Source: Haliotis cracherodii (Eukaryota). From it: DNA of 64,000 bases. Positions 1-12,440 of this stretch are shown piece by piece; position 1 is the first letter of the stretch, and each line of letters opens with the position of its first letter. Below the pieces are notes generated by a model. It saw nothing but the letters and a program-made list of their open reading frames with translations, ran no database searches and had not been told where the DNA came from. The position numbers and the translations under genes were made by a program. The stretch is from NCBI RefSeq assembly GCF_022045235.1, contig NW_027266273.1, positions 28,830,001 through 28,894,000 on the forward strand, written 5' to 3'.

Positions 1-318
1 ATGGACACTTACTGGTGTAGATGGACACTGACTGATGTAGATGGACACTTACTGATGTAGATGGACACTGACTGATGTAGATGGACACTGACTGATGTAG
101 ATGGACACTTACAGATGTAGATGGACACTGACTGATGTAGATGGACACTGACTGATGTAGATGGACACTGACCGATGTAGATGGACACTTACTGATGTCG
201 ATGGACACTTACTGATGTAGATGGACACTTACTGATGTCGATGGACACTCACTTATGTAGATGGACACTGACTGATGTAGAAGGATACTGACTGATGTAG
301 ATGGATACTGACTGATTG
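1..318. repeat. 20-bp minisatellite (ATGGACACTGACTGATGTAG)n, runs off the window start
   Basis: ~16 near-identical tandem units, in register with the 60-nt lines. Confidence 0.97.
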
Positions 319-1069
319 AGACACATAACCACATATTACTAAATTCAGTCTACCAGACATAGGATACGAAAGATTTCAAGTGAATCCACAAGTTGTAGCC
401 TTGTATTAAGTGTCGTAATGAGGGAAGCTACTCTATTTTCCCAGCCTGTAACACTGATTTTTGTATAACTATTTTAAAAAAATATAGACACCCACTGAAA
501 TGAAAAGAAGTAAGAAACTAAATACCGGTAATACTTGTATTTAAGTCTGTTTGCAGTGAATCTTTCCTGAATTACGAATCCATTACATGGTTGCTGATTT
601 AGGATGGTTTGTGACAACCGCAGATGGATCTCGCCAAGGATGGATAGCTAGAAGTGTTATATCCAGTGCTCCAATACCCCCATGCATCTTCTTGATGTTT
701 CAGATGGAACTATTTGCATTACACCAAGCACAATGTACTTGAGCTTATTAAACCCTTGGGCCCTGTAATTTATTAACAAGGGGAATTGGTAGACACTTGA
801 TACACTACAAACACTCGTTTGAGGTTAAGGTCCTAAAAGCCCTTCAATCACTATAAAGTGTTACTTGTCGTTATCACTTCATGTCTACGGTGATGTAATG
901 TCCCCTGAAGTGACAGCTTTAACCAGTGAACTTGGATTGACAACGTGTATTTTGACAACACACAGAAGTTGCAGTACAACTCATCCACTCTTAGAGGATA
1001 CGTTTATGTCACTGTGAAGAATAAAGAACGATACGTTTCTCCTTACAGAAAGTCTTCAGTGTGCTGTTA

Positions 1070-1690
1070 GGGGGTCAGTGTTAGGGTTGGATGGAGGGGT
1101 CAATGTTAGGGTTGGGTGGTGGGGTCAGTGTGAGGTTGGGGTGGTGGGGTCAGTGTGAGGGTGGGGTGGTGGGGTCAGTGTGAGGGTGGGGTGGTGGGGT
1201 CAGTGTGAGGGTGGGGTGGAGGGGTTAGTGTGAGGGTGGGGTGGTGGGGTCAGTGTGAGGTGGGGGTGGAGGGGTCAGTGTGAGGGTGGGGTGGTGGGGT
1301 CAGTGTGAGGTGGTGTGGTGGGGTCAGTGTGAGGTGGGGGTGGAGGGGTTAGTGTGAGGGTGGGGTGGGGGTCAGTGTGTGTTGGGGGTGGAGAGGTCAG
1401 TGTGAGGGTGGGGTGGGGGTCAGTGTGTGGGGGGTGGTGGGGTGGAGGGGTCAGTGTGAGGGTGGGTTGGGGATCGGTGTGAGGGTGGGGTTGAGGGGTG
1501 AGTGAGGGTGGGGTGGAGCGGTTTGTGTGAGGGTGGGATGGAGCGGTGAGTGTGAGGTGGGGTGGAGGGATCAGTGTGAGGGTGGAGCGGTGAGTGTGAG
1601 GGTGGGGTGGAGCGGTGAGTGTGAGGGTGGGGTGGAGGGATCAGTGTGAGGGTGGAGCGGTGAGTGTGAGGGTGGGGTGGGGCGGCGAGT
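1070..1690. repeat. G-rich ~25-bp minisatellite (GTCAGTGTGAGGGTGGGGTGGTGGG)
   Basis: Tandem G-tract units; the Pro/His/Thr-rich ORFs here are by-products. Confidence 0.93.
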
Positions 1691-1899
1691 CTGAGGATAG
1701 GGGGTAGGTGGGGTGGTGATTGTGAAGATGGTGGAGTGGTAGTGTATGAGTGTGTTGGTGTGCAATGGCGAAGGTTGGCGAGGTTTTTTCAGGTGAGGGG
1801 GCGATTGATGTGGGGGCGAATCCGTGGCGAATGGGTATGTGCAAGAACGCTGGCGACATCAACATTTCCTGGGACACAGCACCGAGCTTCATGCGTCCA

Positions 1900-2847
1900 T
1901 GCGTGATCACAGAGACATGTGTTGAAGTTGTAGAGTTTCTGGTATGAAGTACTTCATGTTAAAGCGGCATCCACTGCAATGAATGGCGTTGTGGGTCGTT
2001 GTACAGGGGAAATTAATGGCAGCTGATCCTCTGGTGGCATGATGTACAACCTCCGTTTGATGCGGCAGTTCCCAACAGAATAGGCAGAAGTTAGAAATAC
2101 CACGTATTCCCATTAAGAAATGGATATGTGACATTGTATCCCATATTTTCCCCCTCGACCTGACAAACTGTGTATGCATGTCAACAACATCCATGGTGCC
2201 ATCAATATTTTCCTGGAAATAAATTCTGTTTCTGTGACTCAACAAAGCTGTACGTCCTACACTTCGAGCATAATACCATCTTCCCGAGGCAAGGGAGTTA
2301 ACTGACTATAAAAGTCCAGTTTCCACCCTTGCCGAACTCGGCTGGGATTATTGAGTTACATTTTGGCTGGACTAACGAGTCTTTGCATAGAAATCGAAAT
2401 CCGGTTCGTAAACTGTCATGCAGAGTTCGATCAATTGCAGAATTTGCAAAGCATGTGCATCGCCAACTCGTTGTCAACAGATATTTTGCAAATCTTTTCA
2501 TGTTTTTTAATCAAGGTGGTCACGTGATTTGATGTACTTCGCGAAGTAAGAACCGTTTTATCACAAAATAGATCTTGATGGTCGATCAGAACGTCTTGAC
2601 TGGGAGCCACCATTTTGTTTGAAACAAATGCATGTGATACGAGAGGTGGAATCTGATTGGTACATATGGGAGAGGCATAGAATGGACATAACTCGTAAAA
2701 GCCACTGGCAGCGCTACAATCGAGCCCAGGAATTCCAGGCTAGTTCGGCAAGGGTGAAAATTGGACTTGTAAAGACAGTTAACGCTCTTGCCTCGGGAAG
2801 ATGGTATAATACCTATAGTACCTTGAGGATAATGACTGATACATGTA
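1900..2847 (-). mobile_element. Highly degenerate DIRS-like retrotransposon pol relic (RT end, RNase H, MT-like region)
   Basis: Minus-strand fragments in DIRS order across frameshifts: PCRTSLEFLGSIV (RT thumb LEFLG), CKISVDNELAMHML.K (RNase H 'DN..A...INK'), FQENIDGTMDVVDM ('WG.P.+DLFA'-like), RRLYIMPPEDQLPLI ('Y.FPP..LI'-like). Matched by eye only. Confidence 0.45.
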
Positions 2848-2849
2848 TA

Positions 2850-4391
2850 CACATGAACAAAAGTAAAGCGCCACCCACCATATTTGTGAGCTGTTACTTT
2901 TGGCACTTAATGATGACTATTATAACGAGATGTACGATTGTTATAAGCCGTATGTCTAAACCTCATGTGATGCAAAAGTTGTCCCAAAGCAAGTTTATCT
3001 TGGTTTCCAAAAGAATATGAGCAGAAAGGAATTTTACCGAAGACCAAAAATTGAAGGATTAGAAAACAGTGAAAAGCTTTTTTTGTCATGTAACTGTCAT
3101 GATATCAGCAGACCATATCAGGTGTCACATAGACACCCTAGAGAGTGCAGAGTCTATTGCAAGACAGAAACGTCAGTAACGTGTGTATGATCCACGGACA
3201 TTGACCACAGCTTCAACCCTACGCCTCATACTCATTACAAGTCCTTGAATGCTTCTCTGAGGCAAACGGATCCATTCTTCATGAAGTGCGGCTTCAAGTC
3301 CAGCGAGATTTTGAACTAGGGGATCACGATGTCTGATTTTCCGGCCAAGAGATGCTCAATCAGATTAAGATCCGGACTGCAGGCCGGCCAAGGAAGAGTG
3401 GCAATAGCTTCTTGACGCAAATAAGCCAAAACTGCCCGAGATCTGTGTGGTCTAGCATCGTCGTCGAAGTAAACAGGTCTTATCTGAAGAGGACGGTTGT
3501 CAAAATGATGGACTACCACTGGACGAAGGACGGCATCTTGGTATTGTTGGCCATTCAGGTTTCCACGAATTGTCACCAGTGGAAGTTTGCAGCCGAAGGA
3601 AACACAACCCCATATCATGACAGACCCCCCGCCACATGGTAAGGTCTTCTGGATGTTCCTTGGTTCAAAACGAGTGTTACGTTGCCTCCAAACACGTATT
3701 CGACCATCAACAGTTCGTAGCAGCATTCGACACCCGTCAGACCAATGGATCCTTCTCCAGTTGGGCAAGTTCAATCGACTACGGGCACGACACCATATCA
3801 CACCTCTCAGTCAGTTGAGGACGTTTTACTGGCGTTATAACCAGCCGCTCTGAGGCGACGCCTTACGGTCATCGTCGAGAGTCTCTGATGGGTATTCCAC
3901 TGCAGTCTTAAATCTGTTGAAGTGACAAATGAAAAGACGTCCATCCTCTCTGTTAGAGGTCTTTCTTGGCCTACCAGACCTATGCCTGTCATTGTCATTT
4001 GACCATAATTGACAATCAAACGAGGGATTACACTGTGATGACGACCCATTTGTCTTGCAATGGCCCTGCATGACATGCCAGCATTTTCCATGTATATCAC
4101 TTGCCATCTTTCAGCGTTCGTTAACTTTCTGTTCACCATGGCTGATTTTCAACCTCTATTGGAAGGGGAATCTCACACAGGAGCAAAATGCAAGCACGTG
4201 TCTGAAACTTGAATTTCACTATTTATAGGGTAGGGGAACTTCACCAAAAAGGAAAGCACGCTTTCCTTGTGGTATCTGGACAAATTTGGGTTAATGAAAC
4301 TATGGAAGCCTAATTCAGTCATACATCATCTTATTTCGTATTTCTGATTCCCACGCGTGAAATATGGTGGCGCTTAACTTTTGTGCATGTG
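2850..4391 (-). mobile_element. Tc1-family DNA transposon (DD34E), both TIRs present, transposase frameshifted
   Basis: TIRs CACATGAACAAAAGTAAAGCGCCACC (2850) and GGTGGCGCTTAACTTTTGTGCATGTG (ends 4391), flanked by TA at 2848-49 and 4392-93. ORF pieces: HTH (MENAGMSCRAIARQMG), RSGRPRKT, WSD, GGGSVMIWG, DDARPH...WPACSPDLNLIE with 34 residues between D and E. Confidence 0.93.
3316..4139 (-). pseudogene. Tc1 transposase pseudogene
   Basis: ORFs 3807-4139, 3835-4107 and 3316-3801 join into one transposase only through frameshifts. Confidence 0.9.
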
Positions 4392-4671
4392 TATATATAC
4401 ATATATTGCTCTCGAAAAAAACCATCCCCAAACACACCATCAATACCCTGTGCATTCTGGTAGTCATGTGTCCTCCTTGTTGTGATTTCATTGTATTTTT
4501 ATTAATAGAATTAATAGAATAGAACTATACCACGCAGTGCCTCTCGGCCTGGTATAACTCCAAGAATACATATGTCAGGTATACGCCTCGGAATCCTAAG
4601 AGGGCTCTTAAAAAGTTTCACATTCACATTAAGAAAAAAACATCCCAAAGCAAACCATCAATACCCTGTGC

Positions 4672-4672
<1 letters not shown>

Positions 4673-4733
<61 letters not shown>

Positions 4734-4822
4734 AAGAAGTAGTAGTAGTAGTGATAGTAGATAAGTAGCCGTAGTAGTCGTAGTAGTAGGAGTAGTAGTA
4801 GTAGTAGTAATAGTAGATTAGT
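4673..4822. repeat. (TAG)n microsatellite abutting the assembly gap
   Basis: Direct reading. Confidence 0.97.
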
Positions 4823-5037
4823 NNNNNNNNNNNNNNNNNNNNNNNNNNNNNNNNNNNNNNNNNNNNNNNNNNNNNNNNNNNNNNNNNNNNNNNNNNNNNN
4901 NNNNNNNNNNNNNNNNNNNNNNNNNNNNNNNNNNNNNNNNNNNNNNNNNNNNNNNNNNNNNNNNNNNNNNNNNNNNNNNNNNNNNNNNNNNNNNNNNNNN
5001 NNNNNNNNNNNNNNNNNNNNNNNNNNNNNNNNNNNNN
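4823..5037. other. Assembly gap (215 N)
   Basis: N run. Confidence 1.
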
Positions 5038-6338
5038 TCGACAGGGGTAGAGTGTCATCGGCAGATGAAATACCTGTACGGTAAAGGACGATTCCGTGCA
5101 GTAGAAAACAATCATTTGGTTTATACGTAAACATTTACAATTCTCCAGTTTTTGCCACACATCATTCCGAAAACAAGGAAAGCAGCAGGCGTTAAACCTC
5201 ACCCTTATTTGCGGGGAAACATTCAGAGGCGGCTGGCGGCACAGAATTGTATATTTATGTAAATGTTTCCGAACCAATTATCCAATATTTAATATTTAAT
5301 TATTTTTTTCTAAACTGAATCAAAGGATTTTAAAAAATAAAAGCTACAAAACCCTTTTCATGATCGTAAGAAATATGTGCATAGAACATCGTTTTATTTG
5401 AAAGTTTTATTTGATTATACAGTGTACAACACATTCTGCTGTAGGAAGCCTTTGCTTCTGACAGGATCTTGTGAATTTAAATAAACCCTGTGCGATGTTA
5501 GTCTGTCTATAATAGACGTGTTGACCGATGCAGGTGAGAAGTGGGATGAATGTCGGATGTAAGATTCCTTTATTGGTGTGTATATAGTGATGGTGAGCCT
5601 ACTTTCAGAATTGAGGAGTACATCAATAAGTGCATTAATAGTTGGGGATATATAATTAGAATAATCACAGTCATTCTAGCTGTTCTGACACGATGGCCAA
5701 TGCCCTCACATGTTAGAGTACAGATGAATATGCACCACTGCTGGCGCTGTGGACCAGATTTTCCTTGACGAGAAAGTTGGAGTTATCAGGTTTGACGTAA
5801 CAACGATGTAGCGTTTTGATAGAGTTAATTTTTACAGAGGGACGGGGTTGTTTTCGAAATTTCCTATAAGCTATTACATCATTCTAAACTTTGTACTGAT
5901 ATTATTCTTGTGGATATGGGAGAATTGGATGAATAAAATAATGTCCTTGCATTAGTTAAACATTGTCTTTTTCAAATGGTTTTTTATTTTGTTGAAATAC
6001 CTTTTGGCCTCAAAACATTTCCGTGAAAAAAAACTTTGTTGACAGCAGGATAATTATACATCAATATTTCACTGGTTGACAAACTATAATGCAGACCTAA
6101 TCGCTGACGCAAGGCCTGAGCTGGGACAGGTGGCCTGGGGAATTACCGCAATTTATATTGTTTGGGTACATGCATTTGTGTTATTATTTTATATTTTTCT
6201 CACATGTTTGTGTTAATTGTGATAGCGCTTTTATGGCCTAGTGCATAGAGCATCTTCCGAAATAGGTTGCAACGTGTACAGGAGTCAGAGTCAGCATAGT
6301 GTGTGTGAGTGGGGTATTCCTGTTAAAACTGCGGCATG

Positions 6339-6939
6339 GTTGGTTTGTTGTTTAACGCCGCACTCATCAATATTCCAGCCATATGACAGCAGTTTGTAAA
6401 TGATCGAGTCAGACAATCCAGTGACTGACATCATAATGATAATAAGTGCATATATAATGCGCCAGATTCCGATCACCAAGTGGATGCTCATGGCGCTACA
6501 CTATTATTAGCCCGGTCAATGGAGCAGAGAGTACTCGATTTTCATTCTCAGCTCCCTTGGGAGTATACAACCCAAGCTGCTTGTGAGGCGCTAGAAGGTT
6601 AACAGCCATCTCATCCTACCAAGTACCCACTCACTGCTGGGTGAACAGAGGCACATTTCGAAAAGTCACTTGCCTGGTACATGTGCTTCAGTGTGGGGCA
6701 AGACCGAAGCCCTAGAAACTCTCAGGGGTCAAGCTGCTGAACGTGGTCACCCATCCAACCACTCTCAGAGACCGACGTTGCTTAACTTCACCTGGTTTGT
6801 GATCTGCACGCTGTGCACAGGACCACGTGCCACCACATCATGAGCATCGATCTACGCAATTGGGATACGATGACATGCATCAACCAAGTCAGCGAGACTG
6901 ACAACCCGATCCAGTTAGTCGCCTCTTACGACAAACATC
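6339..6939 (-). mobile_element. SINE family A copy (5'-truncated), interrupted by an inner SINE
   Basis: Homologous to 18420-18654 and 27170-27433; flanked by the 10-bp TSD CTGCGGCATG (6329-6338 / 6940-6949). Confidence 0.85.
6435..6834 (-). mobile_element. 400-bp SINE with tRNA/5S rRNA chimeric head, Deu/Nin-like core and L2-like tail
   Basis: TSD ACATCAT (6428-34 / 6835-41). Minus strand GAAGTTAAGCAACGTCGGTC...TTGGATGGGTGACC resembles 5S boxes A and C. Core CCTCTGTTCACCCAGCAGTGAGTGGGTAC...TATACTCCCAAGGGAGCTGAGA. Tail GTAGCGCCATGAGC...GCGCATTATATATGCACTTATTATCATT. Confidence 0.8.
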
Positions 6940-7028
6940 CTGCGGCATGATATCTCATAGGGATAGCACATGAATCCGGACTAGCACAAACAGACACACG
7001 GACACACGGACACACAGACACAGATACT

Positions 7029-7029
<1 letters not shown>

Positions 7030-7070
<41 letters not shown>
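7030..7070. repeat. (CA)n microsatellite
   Basis: Direct reading. Confidence 0.97.
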
Positions 7071-7072
<2 letters not shown>

Positions 7073-9459
7073 CGCGATATAAGTGAGGAAAAAAACAGGA
7101 ACGCGATTTTAACCACATTTCACATCACATATGTTTTTTGGTACCTTGCTAAACATTGCGCCACAAAGTGCAAGCTATGTATATTTGATAAGCTGTGTGT
7201 TCTGCAAGGTTGGAGCTGATGAGGGATGCTGACTGCTGTAGCTCCATCCCGTCTATGTCCACTTAACGAAAGTACAATGTGTGCTACTTGCTATTCATAC
7301 ATGTATACGCAGATGACACACGGCTTTCATGGTGTTTCATGTATGTTTAACTATTTAACTACACATGTTCTGAATGTGCGACCCTGTGTACCGATTGCCG
7401 TAACGCTGCTCCTCGAGACGACGTGCTACTCATCATACCACAACCTCTATGTTCCCGACGCAATGTTGGTCGGCATTCAATGAGACATAATTACATGGTT
7501 CATATTAATGTTTCTTAGATTAGAGGAATCGTCAAACTAGGAGGAAAGTGCAAAGGATTCCATTAATATTATAGCTTGATAGCGTGCGTGACTGTTTGTC
7601 AAGTGCCACATATACCGCCATGTATTGCCTGGCAGTGCAGCGAAAGACAAATAGTTTAGGGTTGATGAGATACTTACAATTACATCTCACACAAAGAATC
7701 CGTTAAAATATCTGATTATAATTATTTGTCCCGAGCCTCCCTCAATGTGTGTCCGTTTTATTGCCACCACACATATTTGTTGTTTGTTCACTCACTAACT
7801 GGGAAACCCGATCCCATCGACCCAAGGTGAAACAGTCACACAATTCCAAAGATAGCCACGTAATTCTACAGGTAGCCACAGGCAGACAGACAGACGGACG
7901 GACAGACAGACCGACCGACAGACAATATATTTCAGTAACAGGCCACCGGCCCTTAATACATGAATATAGTACGATTAATCGCGCTTGCTTGTAAACGTCA
8001 TATTGAATCTCATATATGATATAAAGATTACATTGTACATCCTCTCAACAGTCTGTACAGTCGTTGTTGAGGTGTGCTTCACAGCAGATGGAAGAGGACA
8101 TATATCATTGGCAGCATCGGCGCTTCAAATTACATGCACTCCTTACAGACACTCACACGTAACACACCCAACACACCTGTCCATTTAAGGTAATGCTGAA
8201 AGCAGACGACACTTTGTGATGGAAGCTATAGGAACCTTGCTGCAACATCTTAGCGATCAGACGACAGCAACGTGACGCTCGTGGTGCATAACCATGGTTA
8301 GCTTCTTAGATACAACATTGCTTCTCCACATGACTGCAGATTAATAATTCAATTAATTCGGCACTGACTGCGAAAATTGCCGTGCAACCAAAAGTACTAC
8401 ATTACCAAGGGTTGACAGAATACAGAGATGAACGTGTTACCAGGTGTATATGATTCCTACAATATGTACATATTTTATTGTGATATTTGTTGTTATGAGA
8501 AAACATTGGGTGAGGTCAGAGGTCATTCTGGTATGATCAACTTACAGATGTCATGTTTAAAGAAACTGTTTTTCTGGCTTTAGATGCATCTAAATAAAAC
8601 TTCCCAGACTGCTAAAAAGTTTCTCCATCTTGGTAATACGTCCTAAATTTATAGGCTATATATACCTTAACATCCCAGAGAATTGTGTCTGATTTCAACA
8701 ATACACTGACATATTCTTAATTCATTCTGTAATGATGCCTCCTGGTGACTTTGTTTCAGTTTAGACTCAGAGCAGTGAAGTTTAAGAAACGTTGTCTTCT
8801 CACTCCCCGTTGGCCTCTATCTGAGTAACAACATTATCGTTCTTGTCAACAGATCGTTGTCTTCTCAATCACCGTTGGTTTCTGTCAGAGTAACTACATT
8901 AGCTTTCTTGCCAACCGATCATGAAGAGTGAAAAAACTAAGTTAATTTAGTTTTGGGTGGCAGTTGCTTGGTTAGCGAGGGCCGAGTTAGTTTCTCCGCT
9001 CACATTGATTTTAATTCCCGATGGTATGGTTAGAACTGATTTGTCGTGACAATTAACACAATCGTGGTCTTGTTCACTTACCGTTTGATCTAATCTAACT
9101 CATGGGAAACACTTCTGTGACATCATGGGTAGCTTGCGATGTTCAGTGTTTTTTTAATTTGTACTTCCGAGGGAAGAGGGTGAGTACTAATTAAATAAGG
9201 AACTAGCAGCTGTGAATATCGCACATTGGATGAATTACCAATGTTATTTCGTGACCCGTTGAATGACAACAGTTTTACTCGGTACACGTATTGGAGCAAG
9301 GGAGATGGTCACGTATATATGGGTCACTTACACGTGACTAAGTCACCACACCGACAGCAATGCCACATGACGATTTTCGTATAACTTTCTACATTGGTGA
9401 TTGGTGGTGAGTTGTTTGCGCTTGTTTTCTGATATTGTATTCACCAGGGATGTAGTTAT

Positions 9460-9645
9460 TTGTGTTGCTTTGCGACGCAGTCACCAATATTCCATATCTA
9501 TATGACGGTGTCCTAAAAATCGATTTCCGACAACAGAGGTTAACACAATGAGCGACGCCTATCTTGTCGGGTGCGAAAACACGACTTCAAACAAGTCACC
9601 AAGTCTCGTGCTCAATATGGCCGCCTCTTACGGCAAACAACATAG
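9460..9645 (-). mobile_element. Strongly diverged SINE family A copy
   Basis: Residual CAATATTCCA..TATGACGG, CAAGTCA and CGCCTCTTACG blocks in family-A order. Confidence 0.5.
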
Positions 9646-9814
9646 TGCAGTGGACATAAGCATGACTCTGACAGCATGGGGAAAAGAAGCAGTATCACAA
9701 TTGTATACACATGGATGCCGACATTGGAATATATGAAATTTTCAATGAATTAAAGTAAACCTGTTGACCGGATCATAGAAATCTCGCTGAAACAGAGTGA
9801 GTGTGTATTACAAG

Positions 9815-10232
9815 GAATCAATTCAAGAATTTCACTGAAGAAGTCGATGTGTTGACGTATTTTGCAAATTAGTATCAACTCAAGAAATTCACTGAAGAGG
9901 CCAACGTGTTTTATATATATTGCAAGGTAGAATCAACTCAAGTATTTCACTGAAGAAGTCCATGTGTTCCTTGTATTTTGCAAATAAGTATCAACTCAAG
10001 AATTTCACTGAAGAAATCGACGTGTTTCATGTATATTGCAACCTAGTATCAACTCAAGAATTTCACTGAAGAAATCGACGTGTTTCATGTATATTGCAAC
10101 CTAGTATCAACTCAAGAATTTCACTGAAGAAATCGACGTGTTTCATGTATATTGCAACCTAGTATCAACTCAAGAATTGCACTGAAGAAGACGATGTGTT
10201 TCTTGTATTTTGCAAATTAGTATCAACACAAG
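9815..10232. repeat. ~58-bp tandem repeat, ~7 copies (TATCAACTCAAGAATTTCACTGAAGAAATCGACGTGTTTCATGTATATTGCAACCTAG)
   Basis: Central units identical, outer units diverged. Confidence 0.93.
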
Positions 10233-11299
10233 GATAGAGCTTGCAGGTTCGAGTGTATTAATAAAGCACCATATCACATTAATATACAAAAATAGTAACT
10301 TGGCTTGAAATGACATGATATCCACTTTCCTTGATTTCTACGTTCTGATTCTCATAACATACATTATTGTTACCGAAACGACTTCGGTGATGATCCTGTT
10401 GTTTCGCTGTACAGAGTTGTGGTTTGTGGATGGGGCAGAATCTGTTGCTCCTGAGTTTGAATCCTCATCAATATTAAACCATTGCGTGTGGGTCTTACCA
10501 AAGTCTTCCTGCATGAAGGACCAGCATCATTACGTTCAGGCAGCCAGAGTGCCAGCTCGCAATGAAGGAGGTCATCCCCTACGCAGGTACATGAGGACCA
10601 CCTTCTGAAATCAAGGAACTTGCTGCTGGAAGCATCAATGAAAATAACACAGGCGTTCTGGGATTCGAACCTAAGAACAGCTGCCCCAGATGCCACTCTG
10701 TTGTGCTTCATACAGTTTAACTAAACAGCTCAATCATTGTTACTGTAGTTTTGAAGGCGAGTAAAGCGAGGAAATCTGCCACGTCAACGCTAGACAAAAA
10801 CCAGGCTCGATTATCCGCCCAATTCGATTCCACTGGGCTGAAAAGGCACAAAAGCGGTAAAATTTATGTGAATGGATCACTGAAAATCAGTGATGACACC
10901 AAGTGTTCACAAAAGGGTTAGCATGTCCTGCCCTACCGAAGCACTGTTCAATGATGATGCATGTATCTGATGCAAAAACACCTTATTCACACGACGGCAC
11001 ATCTTAACTCCTACTTTAATACTTCTGAAGCAAACTTTTGTTCTTTAACGAAATCTGCCTCTAAAAAGTGATCATTTACAGCATTACATACAATACAATT
11101 TCAGAATATAAAACTGTCCGTCTCATAACACCAGCCTATCACGATGTGACATCCTAGAAAAACCTTCAGCAGTCAAGTGTCATCAATATTCATCACTTGA
11201 GCCAATCTTGAAACATCGAGTAGCGTTCCTGGAGGCAGGCCTACAAATGACGTTAGTGTAACCGGATTACGGAACTATCCCCTGATACAAGGAACCTAA

Positions 11300-12000
11300 T
11301 AGGGGTGCTCTGATCCGTTGATAACATCGGAACAGGGGCAACGAGCCAGAATAATGCATTTTCAACGGTGGACAGGCCTAGTGTTAGTTACCCAATACTG
11401 GATATAACACCACCTTCTCAAGCATGTATTGGTTTATGACTGCTGGGCTACAGTGGCAAGTTTGAGTGCCGTGATTGTATGTAGGCGAAGTGTTGTACGA
11501 CTGCTGCAAGGCTTGTTGTATTGACTGGAAGAGATGCTAGCAATATTGTGCGGATAACTGATGTGACGGCGTGCTAGTCTGGTATCGCTTATTCAAACAA
11601 ACCAAGCGATCTCCCATGTGTAGGTACAGAGTCTTCATTCATACGTTGAAGTCAGCGGACGTTCGTGGACAGGTTTTAAGAGTTAAGTATTAACCCTACC
11701 TGTATATCGGGAAAGGTATCACATATGTTTTTGCAATGTGAATCCGTAACTCACAATTCTTGTTACAGCGGCAAAGATGTCAGAACATCCACCGCAACAT
11801 GAACAGCATGTCCACACGCTACATCAACGTCATCAGCCGCCACATTCACCATATTTCGTTAATGCAATATTCATGTGGCTTGTACTGCTTCCAGACATGT
11901 TACCAGCTTGCCATTGGGATCTGATTGTCTTCTGTTCACACTGAATGCGTTGATCCGCAGACCGAGCGGTTAGCTGCTTCACGTCCAATAGAGTGGGTAC
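11300..12000 (-). mobile_element. Possible very old RTE-like LINE reverse-transcriptase relic
   Basis: Weak minus-strand motifs ISYPHNIASISS (YADDI-like) followed by LEKVVLYPVLG (LE.V..F.YLG-like); many stops. Confidence 0.3.
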
Positions 12001-12276
12001 ATCTGAGTGTGGAGGAACACAGACCTATGGTGATCATCTAAGCCTTACGAAGACAGGACAACGTAACACTGCCCTATCCGACACACACACACCGACACTG
12101 TACTTCATTAATGCGAACTGGCTGTGTTATCAACTACATAGGTTTGGAATATATCTATTCATATAATTTGACCGCTATTTTGCCTCTTTCGCCGAATGGC
12201 ATCTGATTGAGCGGATAATCTAGATTTTGTTCTCTGGAGTTGACGGTTGAGATCTGTAAGACAAAGATAGCAAACT

Positions 12277-12401
12277 GTTGACTTGTGTGGCAGTGGCAGG
12301 GTGTGTGACATATTTGGTCCACGCTCATGTTGACTTGTGTGCCAGTGGCAGGGTGTGTGACATATTTGGTCCAGGCTCAAGTTGACTTGTGTGGCAGTGG
12401 G
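12277..12401. repeat. ~52-bp local tandem duplication (~2.4 copies)
   Basis: GTTGACTTGTGTGGCAGTGGCAGGGTGTGTGACATATTTGGTCCA repeated. Confidence 0.9.
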
Positions 12402-12440
12402 AGACAATCTAATAATAATGATAAGAAGAAGAAGAAGAAG

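Larger units (their letters stand above)
6225..7000 (+). mobile_element. Old tRNA-derived SINE (family D), outer layer, interrupted at 6339-6949
   Basis: A-box-like TGGCCTAGTGC near 6234. The two halves (...GGGGTATTCCTGTTAAAACTGCGGCATG | ATATCTCA..GATAGCAC..GGACTAGCACAAACAG) rejoin to match copies at 15125-15312(-) and 60215-60395(+). Confidence 0.6.

Noticed and set aside
1900-2906. Gypsy pol interpretation (KYGGWRF, KRFAKYLL)
   Set aside because: GGWRF lies in the Tc1 TIR; motif order and spacing fit DIRS better
7215-7275. CTGATGA followed by a GGGATG/CATCCC stem
   Set aside because: No GAAA after the stem; not a hammerhead
7880-7930. GACA/GACG repeat suggesting a Helentron-derived HINE
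   Set aside because: No subterminal inverted repeat or 3' stem-loop could be identified
9815-10232. CRISPR-like or hammerhead-tandem reading of the 58-bp repeat (CTGAAGA)
   Set aside because: No unique spacers, no cas genes, eukaryotic context; no GAAA after the putative stem II
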